Positions 60,642-64,000 of a DNA stretch of 64,000 nucleotides are shown piece by piece. The notes under the pieces were generated by a model. The model saw only the letters and a program-made list of their open reading frames with translations, was not told the DNA's origin and searched no databases. Numbering within the stretch: the stretch's first letter is position 1; every line of letters starts with the position of its first letter. A program made the translations under genes and the position numbers. The stretch comes from Marsupella aquatica (Eukaryota > Plantae > Marchantiophyta). The stretch is from the NCBI GenBank assembly GCA_973895155.1, contig OZ316891.1, positions 10,603,875 through 10,667,874 on the forward strand, in the 5' to 3' direction.

Positions 60642-63600
60642 ATGGGTTCGTCCGGTGAGGTCATCGAGTCGCTCCAGCTGTACCGAAAAGGTCTACAGTC
60701 CTTAAACCGAACAAAACAGCTATCATCTGGATTAGGGGATCTATGTGAGGAATTCTCTGGTGAGAAAGTTGTCCCTTCTAGTTCTGTGGGTCAAGCATCC
60801 TCTGCTGTTGGGAATTCCTCGAATTCAGAGCTCTCCGGATTGCCCTCTGCCGAAGAACCGGACATTATCCCCAGTTTTCCTTCGAGCTTCCCATCTGTGA
60901 AACGCATTCCTGGGACGCAATTTGTGGTCGATGGGTTCAGAAGTGCTGGACCCTGGTCGGTTTCCTACTTCCTCTCCCATTTTCACAGCGACCACTACAC
61001 AGGGCTCACTAACCTCTGGAGCAAAGGGCTGGTCTTCTGCTCAGAAATCACTGCTCATTTGGTCAGAGATTCTCTCCAAGTCCCGGATGAGCTCGTGGTG
61101 TCTCTGTCGATGGGCAAAGCCCACCGCGTTGATGGGTGTGAGGTGACTTTAGTGGATGCCAACCACTGTCCAGGGGCTGTGCAATTTCTATTCAGGGTGC
61201 CTGGCGGAAATGGAGGGTGGCAAAAATATGTGCATTGTGGGGACATGAGATATTCTACTGTTATGAAGAGTGATGCCTCCCTTTGTGACTTTGTGGGTGC
61301 TGATGCAGTGTTCTTGGATACCACCTACTGCAATCCCAAATATGTGTTCCCCCCTCAGCAGACGTCAGTTGACTATGTTGCTGAGACAGTTCACCGGCTC
61401 ATGGAGCAGGATAAGCAAGGAATTTTGGCGGAGGAGGCACCTACAACTGAGGATGACACCACAGTGGACGGAGGGGATGGCTCAGACGAAGAGGATGATC
61501 CACCAAGGTGCCAGGAGGGAGATTTGACAGACGACTTAGTAGATAAATCCTCCAAGAATGCATCGGACAACGTGGAAGAGGATGACCCGGATTATGATAG
61601 GGGAGGTGTAAACGAGGGCATTTATAGTATAAAGGCATTGAAAGGAATGTCAACCCTGTTTCTCATCTCGACTTATGTGATAGGAAAGGAGAAGATTCTC
61701 ACTGCAGTAGCAAGGCGATGCAATTGTTTAATTTACGTGACAGAGAAGAAGTTGACTATTCTTAAACGTTTGAATATAGAAGACATTGATGTGTTTACCA
61801 CCGATCCAGCAGCTACAAATGTGCATGTGGTGAAGTGGAGTTTCTTGGGTGAGACATGGCCGTATTTCAGGCCTAACTTTGTAAACATGGAGAAGGCGAT
61901 GCATGAGAGTGGATATGTGAAAGTGGTTGGCTTTGTGCCCACAGGATGGACGTATGAGCTGAAGAAGAAGACGTTCTCAGTTCGAAAGAAGGGTCCTTTT
62001 GAGATTCATCTTGTTCCTTACAGTGAGCATTCCAACTATGAAGAGCTGAGAGAGTACGTGGGCTTCTTGCGACCCAAGGAGATCATACCAACGGTGGGGC
62101 TTGACGGCGGAGGGATGGAAAGCAAGGCTGTGGCCGCAATGCGAAAGCATTTCAGGAATCTTGTCGATGAGACTGCCAGCAAGCGGAACTTTCTGAAGGG
62201 ATTCAGCAGGAAGCCGGCTGAGGTGAATATTACGCCGATAGCAGTCTGAAAATAAGCCGTCCCCAAATTCAATTTCTTATATAGGCGCTATCTATATATT
62301 GGAATCTCGAGATTTGGCTTCTCATAGAGATCTATTAATGTGCAGGATTCGAACAGTTTCGTTGCACCAAAAGCCGTCTTTGGGAGGACAGCAAGGAAAA
62401 GGACACGGGAAACAGATGAAGAATTAGCAGAAGGGTATTTAGAATCTTCACCGCTTCTTCCAGAATATCAGCAAAGTTTAAAGAAAGGTAACGAAGTAAA
62501 TTATTTAGGGGCGTCCCCGGGGTTGCTGAGAGCTGAACAAGGGAAAGATTGTAGCGAGGACCCGGAAGCGGAAGTCTCAGCCATGGACCTCACTGTAGAT
62601 TGTCTTGAAGATGCGACAAAGTCTAGCGTGGAAGCAGTTGTAAGTAGAAACGACGATGTAGGGCATTCTCCAAGCAAAATACCAGCCGGTCAAGTGAATT
62701 ACACACCAGGAACAGCCCAACCGGTTAAGGAGGCCAATAGTCAAATTAGGCTCAGTCAGTCTTTGAAGATATCGGATTCCCAAAGAAGCTCAGCTGTTGC
62801 GAGCAAGCGTCCAGAAAGTAAAAGTCGAGGACCCAAGAAAAGAGCCTCCGCTGTTAAGAGAAAGCCGAAGAGCAGTTCCAGTCCTTTACCTTTCAAGAAG
62901 GGAAGTACGCAATCGCCATCTAGTGCTGGTGCTCAATTTTCGAAGAACCCGAAAGGAATGCAATCTTCAATTCTAAACTTTTTCAAAAAGCCTGCTGAAG
63001 ATCTGGAACCTAGCCAAAGTATACCTGTAGATAATGTGAAACGAGAGTTGACATTCGCAGAAAATTCAGGCCTTCTGAAGCATGTTAGCTTCGAACCTTC
63101 AGTTGTTGGCGATGGCAAAGTTTCGAACCCTGACTCAGTCGAGGTGCCAATTAACCCGAACAAGTGGGCTGATGAATATGAGCAGCTAGCCTCCGTTTTA
63201 GATGGAAATATCTCGACAGAGCAGGCACACTTTTTCCTCGAAAAGTCAAGTGGGAATGTCGGTATTGCTCTGGACTTATTCTACATGGATCAATATGAGG
63301 GTGGTATAAGTGGGCAGTCGAATGCTATCGTCGAGGCAAGGAATTTGAGTAACACCAAAGGTCAGTCTGATGGAAATCCAGGTGGTCCGAATTCTAATGA
63401 CTTGATGGCAGAAGCTATCGCCCTGGACGAAGTCCATGAACCCAAGACACTTCAAGTGCAACAAACAGTCGTAAAATGGGCTGACGAGTACGAACAGCTG
63501 GCCTCAATCTTGGAAGGAAATCTGTCAAGGGAGGAAGCATATCGTTTGTTAGAAAAGGCAGGCGGTGATGTGACAAATGCTTTGGACTTTTTCTACACCA

Positions 63601-63912
63601 AGCAAACTGTAGATGAGGTAAACTTGCCTTCAAATACAGCTACCCAGTTACATCTAAATGGAGAAGAGTCTAGCCGTGAGCATACTTATGAGGTGAGTAT
63701 ACCAGCTGGGTTGAAGGTGGAAGTCAGATCTCCGCAGGGTAATGAAGAAGCCCACAAAACTTCCAGCTCTGTTCCGGTTCCTGCCGGTCCAAGTTCTTCT
63801 CTGTTTTCAGATTCCAACAAGAACTCTGAGGGTTCAGGGAAGAAAACTCTTCTTGACAAGAAGACGATGTCTGTTGCAGTTGCAGCGGCAAAATACTCTC
63901 CAGTTGAGCATG
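60642..63912 (+). CDS. LIG6: DNA ligase 6, 5' portion (SNM1/Pso2 metallo-beta-lactamase/beta-CASP domain plus linker; exons 60642-62222 and 62346-63912; ligase domain beyond the window)
   Basis: FLSHFHSDHYTGL, DANHCPGA, HCGDMR, FLDTTYCNP, LIG6-specific FLGETWPYFRPNF and VGFVPTGW, VPYSEHS. The linker ends KYSPVEH, the motif that precedes the ligase DNA-binding domain in plant LIG6. Confidence 0.9.
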
Positions 63913-64000
63913 GTAAGGTCGTGCCATTTCTTTTCCATGCTTTTGTCGCGGACTCATGATAAAAATTCAATTCAATTCAATTTAAATCAATACAAGACAG

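Overview
Eukaryotic, intron-rich land-plant nuclear DNA. A bryophyte such as a liverwort is my inference from gene structure and protein divergence; I cannot prove it from this window. Eight host genes are recognisable: a Kelch beta-propeller gene (+), HDA9-type histone deacetylase (+), MNU1/2-type NYN+OST-HTH ribonuclease (+), an intronless A1 aspartic protease (-), plastid EF-P (-), plastid RAP-domain protein (-), a NOL11-like protein (-) and the 5' part of DNA ligase 6 (+, runs off the window). The intergenic DNA holds a two-gene PIF/Harbinger element with an intact nuclease, several MITEs and foldbacks, a tRNA-derived SINE-like family, solo-LTR candidates, transposon relics and many short tandem duplications. 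Most notable: (i) the Harbinger partner gene has a SHOCT-like C-terminus reachable only by a -1 shift at an A9 run; (ii) HDA9 intron 3 contains a candidate poison exon with consensus splice sites; (iii) LIG6 carries two UBA-like repeats plus a PIP box; (iv) there is a long G:U-compatible hairpin at 31.46-31.66 kb. Exon boundaries were read by eye and family assignments come from remembered motifs; no database search was run.
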